Part shown: positions 37,301-49,799 of the stretch, one piece after another | How positions within the stretch are numbered: position 1 is the first letter of the stretch | How the letters are laid out: every line of letters starts with the position of its first letter | Origin: Balanoglossus misakiensis | Lineage: Eukaryota > Animalia > Hemichordata | DNA: 64,000 bases | Reading direction: 5' to 3' | NCBI GenBank assembly: GCA_040954595.2 | Contig: CM082590.2 | Coordinates: 6,510,001 to 6,574,000 of the forward strand | Program-made: the position numbers and the translations under genes | The notes under the pieces: generated by a model | What the model was told of the DNA's origin: nothing | Databases searched by the model: none | What the model saw: only the letters and a program-made list of their open reading frames with translations

Positions 37301-40300
37301 TGTATCTGTTGTGGATACCAAGATATCGGAAAGTAGGTCAAAGGTCACCTGAGGTCACCCCAAATTTGGGCAAAAATTCTGACGCCATACTAGTCCAGGT
37401 CCAACAAAAACCAGACCCCTAGCTTTATTGGTTCGCCTAGAATTAGGTATGCGCATAATTAATGAGGTATTTTGTAAGACTCCATATGTGTTCCATCGGC
37501 CCCCCAAAAGCCAGGACTCTAACTGCTGTGGATGCTGAGATATGGGAAAGTAGATCAAAGGTCATCCAAGGTCACCCAAAATTTGGGCATAAAATTTTGA
37601 CCCCAGGGTGGGCCATGTCCAACTTAAACCAGACATCTAGCCCTATTGGTTAGCCTGGAATTAGATATGCAGAAATATAATGTTTCAGAATTAGGTCAAG
37701 GGTCATTGCCAAAATTACCAAAATATTTGTGTCATATCCTGGCAGCATTGGTACCCATGTCCACAAAATTCATGACTGTGGTGCTTTGACAAGAGGAGGT
37801 ATGGGGAATATGCATATATAATTAGTTGTTTTAAAACTGGGTCAAAGGTCATGTGAAAATTGCCCTGAAAAATGGTGACAACTTCCGGTCATATGATGAC
37901 TCATATCCAAAAAAAGAATTTCCATGCTGTCAACATTTTGGCTACAAAACGGAATTATCACTTTTCAATGGTTTTCCGAAAATCCAACATGGCCGCCATA
38001 ATGACCGACCAATCACAGTGCGCTTCGCAAACTTGATAGACATAGGTTAGGTGACCACATTCCCTGAATCCCGTGACTCGTCAATCGCTGGTTCTGGAGA
38101 AGAAGATTTTTAAAGTTTTAAGTAGTTTTTCAGAAAAACAATTGTAGCAAAAAAACTTTATGTGTGACGTCATGATTTCAATGGGGTAAAATGATGGACA
38201 GAAGGTAGGCTACCTGCGCACCAAATTTGAACTCGATCAGCCCAGCAGTTTTTGAGAAGGACTCGTTTAACGATTTTCAGAAAATCCAATATGGCCGCCA
38301 GGTCACGTGACTAATTAAATATTCACGAGCCACTGCACGTCTACTCATTGGCCCCTATTACCCTACCAAGTTTCAGCCCCCTAGGTGCAGCGGTTTTCCA
38401 GATCTACCTGGCCGAATTTCTCGGAAGAAGAAGAATAATAATAAAGAAGAAATATTCCAACAATACCAATAGGGGCACAAGCCCGATAGGCTTGTGCCCC
38501 TAATTAAAGCTGCGAGCAGCATTGTCGGGCCCAAGCGCTGATCTTGAATTATATATGCACAGTATGAATGAGAAGAAACAGAATTTTCTATCGGATGTAT
38601 TATCTCATGACATAACAAGGATGTGTGTATTTTTGCTGCTGAAATAGGGTGAAGTAGGTCAAAGGTCACCTAAGGTCACCCAACATTTGGGCAATTTTTT
38701 TTTACCCATACTGGTCCATGTCCAACAAAAACCAAAACTCCAGCTCTTTTGGTTCGGATGTAATTAGGTATGTGCATATTTAATGAGGTCAGCAGGTGTC
38801 ACAGGTGACCCAAACATGTGGCTTTACATTCTGGTCCCATCCTACAAATTGCCATGGCTGTATCTGCTCTGGATGCTGAGATATGCGAAAGTAGGTCAAA
38901 GGTCACCAGAGGTCACCAAACATTTGGGCAAAAAAATTTGATCCCATACTGGTCCATGTCCAACAAAAACCAAACCTCTAGCTCTATTGGTTCGCCTGTA
39001 ATTAGATATGCACATAATTAATGAGGTCAGCAGAGGTCAAAGGGGTCATGAAAAGTAGCAAAATGTTTTGATCACACACTAATCCACATGCATCAAAAAC
39101 CAAAAGTCTAGCCCTATAGGTTAGCCTGGAATTAGATATGCAGAAATAATAACGCGTGATAAGTAGGTCAAAGGTCATGTGAAAAATCGCCAAATATTTG
39201 TAACATATTTTAGTCATATGATGATTGATATCCATGAAAAGAATTTGTATGCTGTCAATTTTTAGACTAGGAAAAGGAATTTCAATTTTTCACTGCTTTT
39301 TACAAAATCCAATATGGCCGCCATAATCTTCGACCAATCACAATGCTCTTTGCAAACTTGATAGACATCAGTGTTGTGACCATAATCCCCGAATCTTGCG
39401 ACTCAGTTATCGCTCCTTCTGGAGAAGAAGATTTTTGCACTTTTACTATGGTTTTTCGAAAATCCAATATGGCCGCCATAATCTTCGACCAATCACAATG
39501 CTTCTTATCAATCTTGATAGACATCAGTTAGGTGACCACATACCCCAAACCGCATCATTCGGTTATCACCGGTTCTGGAGAAGAAGATTTTTGAAATTTA
39601 AGCCAGATTTCAGAAAAAAAATTGTAGCAAAAAAGCTGCAACATTGACAGCAAAATATCCAATTACAAAAATGATGGGTAGAAGGTAGACTACCTGCACA
39701 CCAAATTTGAAGTCGATCTGACTTGTAGTTTCTGAGATCTGAGATTTGCATTTTTTCAGAAAATCCAATATGGCCGCCATGTCACGTGACTAATTAAAAA
39801 TTCAAGAGTTCAATGCACGACTACCCATTGACCTTGACCACTGTATCAAGTTTGAGAAGTGTACCTGCAGCGGTGTCTGAGATCTAGAGCGACAAAGAAA
39901 TGACACAAGAATAAAGAAAGAAAGAAAGACAGAATTAAAGCTGCAAGCAGCATTGTCCGGGCCCAAGCTCTATTATCTGATCTGATTATTAGATATGCAC
40001 ATAATTAATGAGTAGAAACATAATGCAGTGTTTTATCCCATGAAATATCAAGGTTATATCTATGTTTGGTGCTGATATAGTGTTAAGTAGGTCAAAGGTC
40101 ACCCAGGGGTCACCCACAATTTGGGCGGAATATTTTGACCCATAGTGGTCAATGTCCAACAAAAACCAGACCTCTAGCCCTTTTGGTTAACCCGGAATTA
40201 GGTATGCACATAAATAATGCGTAAAGCAGGTGTCACAGGTGACCCCACAACTTTGGCTTTTCATTATGGCCCCATACCTCCAAACGCCAAGGTTGTACCT

Positions 40301-43300
40301 GCTTTGGATGCTGAGATATGCAAAAGTAGGTCAAAGGTCATCTGAGGTCACCCAAAATTTGGGTAGAAAATTTTGACCCGTAGTGGTCCATGTATAACAA
40401 AAACAAAACCTCTAGGTCTATTGGTTCATCTGTAATTAGGTATGTGCATATTTAATGAGTAAAGCAGGTGTCACAGGTGACCCAAAACTTTGGCTTTTCA
40501 TTATGGCCCCATACCTCCAAACGCCAAGGCTGTATCTGGTGTGGATGTCGAGATATGCAAAAGTAGGTCAAAGGTCACCCGAGGTCACCCAACATTTGGG
40601 CAAAATATTTTGACCCCATACTGGTCCATGTATAACAAAAACAAAACCTCTAGGTCTATTGGTTCATCTGTAATTAGGTATATGCATATTTAATGAGGTC
40701 AGCAGAGGTCAAAGGGGTCATGAAAAGTAGCAAAAATTTTTGATCACATACAAAACCACATACATCAAAAACCAAACTTATAGCCCTATTGGTTAGCCTG
40801 GAATTAGATATGCAGAAAAATGATGCGTCAAAAGTAGGTCAAAGGTCATTGCCAAAATTACCAAAATATTTATAGCTTATTCTTGTCATATGATGATTCA
40901 TATCCATAAAAAGAATTTCTGTGCTATCAATTTTTAGGCTAGAAACAGAATTTTTACTTTTTAATCGTTGTTCACAAAATCCAATATGGCCGCCAAAATC
41001 TTCGACCAATCACAATGATCTTCGCAAACTTGATAGACATCTGTTTAATGACCACACACACCAAATCTTGTGACTCGGTTATCGCCGGTTCTTGAGAAGA
41101 AGATTTTTGAAATTTTACTAGGGTTTTTCGAAAATCCAATATGGCCGCCATAATCTTCCACCAATCACAATGATCTTCGCAAACTTGATAGACCTCAGTT
41201 TGGTGACCACATACCCCAAACCGCGTGACTCGGTTATCGCCGGTTCTGGAGAAGAAGATTTTTGAAATTTTGACCAGATTTCAGAAAAACAACTGTAGCA
41301 AAAAAACTGCAACATTGACAGCAAAATATCCAATTACAAAAATGATGGGTAGAAGGTAGACTACCTGCACACCAAGTTTGAAGTCGATCTGACTTGTAGT
41401 TTCTGAGATCTGAGATTTGCATTTTTTCAGAAAATCTAATATGGCCGCCAGGTCACGTGACTAATTAAAAATTCAAGGGTTCAATGCACATCTACTCATT
41501 GACCTTGACCACTGTAGCAAGTTTGAGAAGTGTACCTGCAGTGGTGTCTGAGATCTAGAGCGACAAAGAATTGACACAAGAATAAAGAAAGAAGAAAGAA
41601 GAAAGAAGGAAAGACAGATTAAAGCTGCAAGCAGCATTGTCCGGGCCCAAGCTCTATTATCTGATCTGATTATTAGATATGCACATAATTAATGAGTAGA
41701 AACATAATGCAGTGTTTTATCCCATGAAATATCAAGGTTATATCTATGTTTGGTGCTGATATAGTGTTAAGTAGGTCAAAGGTCACCCAGGGGTCACCCA
41801 CAATTTGGGCAGAATATTTTGACCCATAGTGGTCAATGTCCAACAAAAACCAGACCTCTAGCCCTTTTGGTTAACCCGGAATTAGGTATGCACATAAATA
41901 ATGCGTAAAGCAGGTGTCACAGGTGACCCCACAACTTTGGCTTTTCATTATGGCCCCATACCTCCAAACGCCAAGGTTGTACCTGCTGTGGATGTCGAGA
42001 TATGCAAAAGTAGGTCAAAGGTCACCCGAGGTCATCCAACATTTGGGCAAAATATTTTGACCCCATACTGATCCATGTCCAGAAAAAAACAAACCTCTAG
42101 GTCATTTGGTTCATCTGTAATTAGGTATGCGCATATTTAATGAGGTCAGCAGAGGTCAAAGGGGTCATGAAAAGTAGCAAAAATTTTTGATCACATACAA
42201 AACCACATACATCAAAAACCAAACTTATAGCCCTATTGGTTAGCCTGGAATTAGATATGCAGAAAAATGATGCGTCAAAAGTAGGTCAAAGGTCATTGCC
42301 AAAATTACCAAAATATTTATAGCTTATTCTTGTCATATGATGATTCATATCCATAAAAAGAATTTCTGTGCTATCAATTTTTAGGCTAGAAACAGAATTT
42401 TTACTTTTTAATCGTTGTTCACAAAATCCAATATGGCCGCCAAAATCTTCGACCAATCACAATGATCTTCGCAAACTTGATAGACATCTGTTTAATGACC
42501 ACACACACCAAATCTTGTGACTCGGTTATCGCCGGTTCTTGAGAAGAAGATTTTTGAAATTTTACTAGGGTTTTTCGAAAATCCAATATGGCCGCCATAA
42601 TCTTCGACCAATCACAATGATCTTCGCAAACTTGATAGACCTCAGTTTGGTGACCACATACCCCAAACCGCGTGACTCGGTTATCGCCGGTTCTGGAGAA
42701 GAAGATTTTTGAAATTTTGACCAGATTTCAGAAAAACAACTGTAGCAAAAAAACTGCAACATTGACAGCAAAATATCCAATTACAAAAATGATGGGTAGA
42801 AGGTAGACTACCTGCACACCAAGTTTGAAGTCGATCTGACTTGTAGTTTCTGAGATCTGAGATTTGCATTTTTTCAGAAAATCTAATATGGCCGCCAGGT
42901 CACGTGACTAATTAAAAATTCAAGGGTTCAATGCACATCTACTCATTGACCTTGACCACTGTAGCAAGTTTGAGAAGTGTACCTGCAGTGGTGTCTGAGA
43001 TCTAGAGCGACAAAGAATTGACACAAGAATAAAGAAAGAAGAAGAAAGAAGAAAGAAGGAAAGACAGAAAAACCCCAACGAAACCAATAGGGCCCAAGCG
43101 CTGGTATGCGCTTGGGCCCTAAAAAACCCCAACGAAACCAATAGGGCCCAAGCGCTGGTATGCGCTTGGGCCCTAAAAACCCCAACGAAACCAATAGGGC
43201 CCAAGCGCTGGTATGCGCTTGGGCCCTAATTAAAGCTGCGAGCAGCATTGTCGGGCCCAAGCGCTGATCTTGAATTATATATGCACAGTATGAATGAGAA

Positions 43301-46300
43301 GAAACAGAATTTTCTATCGGATGTATTATCTCATGACATAACAAGGATGTGTGTATTTTTGCTGCTGAAATAGGGTGAAGTAGGTCAAAGGTCACCTAAG
43401 GTCACCCAACATTTGGGCAATTTTTTTTTACCCATACTGGTCCATGTCCAACAAAAACCAAAACTCTAGCTCTTTTGGTTCGGATGTAATCAGGTATGTG
43501 CATATTTAATGAGGTCAGCAGGTGTCACAGGTGACCCAAAAATGTGGCTTTACATTCTGGTCCCATCCTACAAAATGCCATGGCTGTATCTGCTCTAGAT
43601 GCTGAGATATGCGAAAGTAGGTCAAAGGTCACCAGAGGTCACCCAACATTTGGGCAAAAAATTTTGATCCCATACTGGTCCATGTCCAACAAAAACCAAA
43701 CCTCTAGCTGTATTGGTTCGCCTGTAATTAGCTATGTACATAATTAATGAGGTCAGCAGAGGTCAAAGGGGTCATGAAAAGTAGCAAAATATTTTGATCA
43801 CACACTAATCCACATGCATCAAAAACCAAAAGTCTAGCCCTATAGGTTAGCCTGGAATTAGATATGCAGAAATAATAACGCGTGATAAGTAGGTCAAAGG
43901 TCATGTGAAAAATCGCCAAAAATTTGTAACATATTTTAGTCATATGATGATTGATATCCATGAAAAGAATTTGTATGCTGTCAATTTTTAGACTAGGAAA
44001 AGGAATTTCAATTTTTCACTGCTTTTTACAAAATCCAATATGGCCGCCATAATCTTCAACCAATCACAATGCTCTTTGCAAACTTGATAGACATCAGTGT
44101 TGTGACCATACTCCCCGAATCTTGCGACTCAGTTATCGCCCTTTCTGGAGAAGAAGATTTTTGCAGTTTTACTATGGTTTTTCGAAAATCCAATATGGCC
44201 GCCATAATCTTCGACCAATCACAATGCTTCTTATCAAACTTGATAGACATCAGTTAGGTGACCACATACCCCAAACCGCGTCACTCGGTTATCACCGGTT
44301 CTGGAGAAGAAGATTTTTGAAATTTAAGCCAGATTTCAGAAAAAAAATTGTAGCAAAAAAACTGCAACATTTACAGCAAAATATCCAATTACAAAAATGA
44401 TGGGTAAAAGGTAGACTACCTGCACACCAAATTTGAAGTCGATCTGACTTGTAGTTTCTGAGATCTGAGATTTGCATTTTTTCAGAAAATCCAATATGGC
44501 CGCCATGTCACGTGACTAATTAAAAATTCAAGAGTTCAATGCATGACTACCCATTGACCTTGACCACTGTAGCAAGTTTGAGAAGTGTACCTGCAGCGGT
44601 GTTTGAGATCTAGAGCGACAAAGAAATGACACAAGAATAAAGAAAGAAAGAAAGAAAGAATTAAAGCTGCAAGCAGCATTGTCCGGGCCCAAGCTCTATT
44701 ATCTGATCTGATTATTAGATATGCACATAATTAATGAGTAGAAACATAATGCAGTGTTTTATCCCATGAAATATCAAGGTTATATCTATGTTTGGTGCTG
44801 ATATAGTGTTAAGTAGGTCAAAGGTCACCCAGGGGTCACCCACAATTTGGGCAGAATATTTTGACCCATAGTGGTCAATGTCCAACAAAAACCAGACCTC
44901 TAGCCCTTTTGGTTAACCCGGAATTAGGTATGCACATAAATAATGCATAAAGCAGGTGTCACAGGTGACCCCACAACTTTGGCTTTTCATTATGGCCCCA
45001 TACCTCCAAACGCCAAGGTTGTACCTGCTTTGGATGCTGAGATATGCAAAAGTAGGTCAAAGGTCATCTGAGGTCACCCAAAATTTGGGTAGAAAATTTT
45101 GACCCATAGTGGTCCATGTATAACAAAAACAAAACCTCTAGGTCTATTGGTTCATCTGTAATTAGGTATGTGCATATTTAATGAGGTCAGCAGAGGTCAA
45201 AGGGGTCATGAAAAGTAGCAAAATTTGTTGATCACATACAAATCCACATACATCAAAAACCAAACTTATAGCCCTATTGGTTAGCCAGGAATTAGATATG
45301 CAGAAAAATGATGCGTCAAAAGTAGGTCAAAGGTCATTGCCAAAATTACCAAAATATTTACAGCTTATTCTTGGCATATGATGATTCATATCCATAAAAA
45401 GAATTTCTGTGCTATCAATTTTTAGGCTAGAAAGGGAATTTTTACTTTTTAATTGTTTTTCACAAAATCCAATATGGCCGCCATAATCTTCGACCAATCA
45501 CATTCTCCTTCGCAAATTTGATAGACATCTGTTTAATGACCACACACACCAAATCTTGTGACTCAGTTATCGCCGGTTCTTGAGAAGAAGATTTTTGAAA
45601 TTTTACTAGGGTTTTTCGAAAATCCAATATGGCCGCCATAATCTTCGACCAATCACAATGATCTTCGCAAACTTGATAGACCTCAGTTTGGTGACCACAT
45701 ACCCCAAACCGCGTGACTCGGTTATTGCCGGTTCTGGAGAAGAAGATTTTTGAAATTTTGATCAGATTTCAGAAAAACAACTGTAGCAAAAAAACTGCAA
45801 CATTGAAAGCAAAATATCCTATTTCAAAAATGATGGGCAGAAGGTAAACTACCAGCACACCAAATCTGAAGTAAATCTGACTTGTAGTTTCTGAGATCTG
45901 AGATTTGCATTTTTTCAGAAAAAACAATATGGCCGCCATGTCACGGTCAAAGGTCATTGCCAAAATTACCAAAATATTTGGGGTAGGTCCTGGCAGGGGT
46001 GATACCAATGTGCACAAAAATCAGAACTCTGGTACATTTAGAACAGGTAGAATGAGCTATATATGCATCCCTATAGGTTAGCCTGGAAATAGATATGCAG
46101 AAATAATAATGTGTGAAAAGTAGGTCAAAGGTCAGGTGAAAAATCGCCAAAAATTTGTAACATATTTTAGTCATATGACGATTGATATCCATAAAAAGAA
46201 TTTGCATGCTATCAATGTTTAGACTAGAAAAAGGAATTTCAATTTTTCACTGCTTTTTACAAAATCCAATATGGCCGCCATATTTTTCGACCAATCACAA

Positions 46301-46550
46301 TGCTCTTTGCAAACCTGATAGACATCAGTGTAATGACCATACTCCCCGAATCTTGCGACTCAGTTATCGCCAGTTCTGGAGAAGATTGTTGGAGTTTTAC
46401 TATGGTTTTTCGAAAATCCAATATGGCCGCCATAATCTTCGACCAATCACATGTTCTTGGCAAACTTAGTAAAAATTGTGGCAAAAAAACTGGAACATGG
46501 ACATCATAATGTCCAATTACAAAAATGATGGGCAGAAGGTAGACTACAAA
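31363..46550 (+). mobile_element. Array of ~10 tandem and nested Helentron-type elements (HINE/DINE-1-like), 1.2-1.7 kb each
   Basis: Left ends (T)TAAAGCTGCAAGCAGC (mini-hairpin) + subTIR GGGCCCAAGC or GGGGCACAAGC at ~31363, 32557, 34050, 35781, 37236, 38504, 39935, 41619, 43230 and 44661. Internal ~120-185-bp subrepeats and an (AAGA)n/(AAT)n microsatellite. Right hairpin GGGCCCAAGCGCTGGTATGCGCTTGGGCCC-TAA. Confidence 0.85.
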
Positions 46551-48649
46551 ACATTATGATTACACACTAATCCACATGCATCATTACACATGCAGTAGTT
46601 GAGGGCGAAATACAAAGTTAGAATGGACACATTATGTGATTGGTTAATTAGTCACAAGTGATGTGTGGATTGGTTGTAAATAGTTGAAAATTTTCATCTG
46701 AATCAATGAAAGTTTTGACAGAGGTATTTGTTTGGCTATAAACATATCTTTATTTAAGTGAACAGATCTGTATATTACATTCGTTAACTGTGAAGAGGAT
46801 GTAGTATAGATATACCAATATATTGAGCTGTATAAACAGAGTGTTAACCCAACACGTCTATGGGGTATGAATCTGAAAGCAACTTCATCCTACGCACTTG
46901 AATCCGAAAACGAATCTGACTCCAGCAGAGGCGTTGACCTGAATCCGGTGAGTAACACGTATACAATTACATGCAGTTTTTAAATGTGGTACGAATGAGA
47001 GAATCGGTTGTTTGAACGTATTATACTTGGTGATGTTGGTTATGAAGTTGTTGTTTAACCAATGGTAGTGTGATTTTGTCTGTTTGTGAGACGATGGCAG
47101 TTTTGTAAGATGTTTTGTATTTTCGTCTCGAGCGAATTCCAATATGGCGGCTATCGTAACGTGTCGAGATTGCTTACTGTATGTAAAGAATCCATGGTAC
47201 CGTAAGCATGCATGTTTTGGCAAATGTTATATATGTTGAGATGGTGGAGTTTGCTGGATTAAATAGAACAATTAGAGGCTGGGTAAATCAGAGTTTCTAG
47301 TGCGTTCCATTCAAGTTGAAATTACGAGATAAGCTTCTTTTTCAGTCAATGTACAAATGATTATTTAGACTGGAAAGGGTTTAGGCAAGCGAATCTCGTG
47401 ACCGGAAGTGTTGAATTCGGGCGATCGGTGTGCCATGCGTATGTTACGTACAAGCGTTGGTAAAGTATTATTTCTGGGATGTGTATTTGTAAAAAATAAA
47501 TAAACTGTGTGATATTTATGGATTGGCTTTTCCAAATACGTAAATACTGCATTTATTTCTGTGAATATTGTATGTTTATGTGATCAAAAGCCCAGGGGTT
47601 ATCATTGTAATTTTTATCAGTTAAATCGATTTGTTTTTTGATAATTGAAAGGAATTTTGCTTCAAATATTGAACAATCTGTGTGAGTACAAAACAGAAAC
47701 ATTGCTGGATTATTTGACGTTTTAGTTGTTTGTAAAAAAGTGGGGACAAGCGGAGAATTGGCCAAATATTTTTGGTGACCACTGTCTTTAGTGTGTATGC
47801 TTTCTGGTGGTGACAGGTGTGCCAAAACATAGACAATGGAATCTGGCAGGAGCATGAAAAGAACAGTTGACTTGTAAACATATTTTGATGCCATGAAACT
47901 ATGTTGTGGGCAAGACAAGTTATGTTATCAATCTGTGGTAACCTGTATGTGCCATTTGTATGGAAACTGTGATCAAGATATGAATTTCTGAATATCACAA
48001 GCTTGGCAGTGAATTCATTGTTAATTGTTATCCTGTTTGTAGGCAATTGTATATTTTCATGTACTAGTTTAAATATACATTTATAGTTAATTAGTTATTA
48101 ATTATTATTTATTATTTTCTTGACAGATTTTGGCTACCAAAGAGTTTTCAAGGTGAGTGTTGGTGCACAACAGTGCATATTATCATAGATTAACACTCAG
48201 GTGTGCATTGTGTCAAATGTGAATTAGCCTTTTAAATCATTTGCGGAGAAATTGCTTAGTTCTACTATCAGTCACACTGTGGTTTAATATCAGATAGGAT
48301 GATTGTCCACTTCCATGCACCGTCTGTTAACATGTAAAAGCACTAGCCCATTTCTTTGAATTTGTTATTCAGGGGTGATGGAACAAAAACATATTGTAAT
48401 AGTTCATAGAAATGGTGTTTATTGAATACATCAGAAAGGAAGGGACTTGTATGTGCAGAACAATCATTGTGCTATGTGGTGTTAAGACCATTGGATAGTG
48501 CCGTTTCTTACAACAGTGGCTTCAATAAAACATTGGTATGATGTATGTTTCTTGATATCCCTGCCTTGTTATTGAACTTGTATATTAAATTGTTAAGTGT
48601 AAATCAGGTCTATAACAATCGTTTGTGATTCGTATGAGTGCATAATGAA

Positions 48650-49460
48650 AATGAGAAAATGTCGGGTCATTCAGGGTCAGGTCTGAAGCCTTATTTGGTT
48701 GTACATGGTGGATGTTGGGGTGTCCGTGTATTTGTTTATGTGTGTGCAAATTCATACATGTATGCCTATCGTACTTGGACTTGATATTGCTAGTTGGTGG
48801 AAATGGTTTTGAAGTGAAATTTTATTCAGATTTGGCTGAGTACATTGCAACGTAAATGGGAAAATGTCGGGTCATTCAGGGTCAGGTCTGAAGCCTTATT
48901 TGGTTGCACACAGTGGATGTTGGGGTGTCCGTGTATTTGTTTATGTGTGTGCAAATTCATACATGTATGCCTATCGTACTTGGACTTGATATTGCTAACT
49001 GGTAGAAATGGTTTTGAAGTGAAATTTTATTCACATTTGTCTGAGTACATTGCAACGTAAATGGGAAAATGTCGGGTCATTCAGGGTCAGGTCTGAAGCC
49101 TTATTTGGTTGTACACGGTGGATGTTTTGGTGTCCGTGTATTTGTTTATGTGTGTGCAAATTCATACATGTATGCCTATCGTACTTGGACTTGATATTGC
49201 TAGCTGGTGGAAATGGTTTTGAAGTGAAATTTTATTCAGATTTGGCTGAGTACATTGCAACGTAAATGGGAAAATGTCGGGTCATTCAGGGTCAGGTCTG
49301 AAGCCTTATTTGGTTGTACATGGTGGATGTTGGGGTGTCCGTGTATTTGTTTATGTCTGTGCAAATTCATACATGTATGCCTATCGTACTTGGACTTGAT
49401 ATTGCTAAATAGTGGAAATGATTTTTAAAGAAAATTTCACTCAGATCTGAGATTTGTCTG
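48650..49460. repeat. 205-bp tandem repeat (~4 copies) upstream of the RepHel ORF
   Basis: GAAAATGTCGGGTCATTCAGGGTCAGGTCTGAAGCC recurs at 205-bp spacing. Confidence 0.92.
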
Positions 49461-49799
49461 AGCACATTCTAATGTGAATGCCAGAATGTTAAGTCATACA
49501 GGGGTTAGGATTTAAGCCTTATCCTGTGTTCCAGCAGAAAAAAAGTGTGTCTGTGATACTTTGTGTGTATATGTGTCTATTTGTATACAGGCATGGGGAT
49601 ATGTGTGTATTATGTGTTGCTGTTGAATTACAACCTTGTTCGGACTTAGTTTCTATAAATCACTTCTGTCTGTTAAAAGTTCCACTGCTTTTTACTGGTT
49701 ATAATCACTAGTGATGTGATTTGATGAGAAGATTATCCGAAGTCTGGTGGTGAAAGGATAGTAAAAACCTAACTAGACAGTATATTTGCTTTGTTCCAG

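Noticed and set aside
31965-46509. Many recurring short ORFs in the Helentron-derived array
   Set aside because: They occur on both strands, are frequently broken between copies, and show no protein-like conservation.
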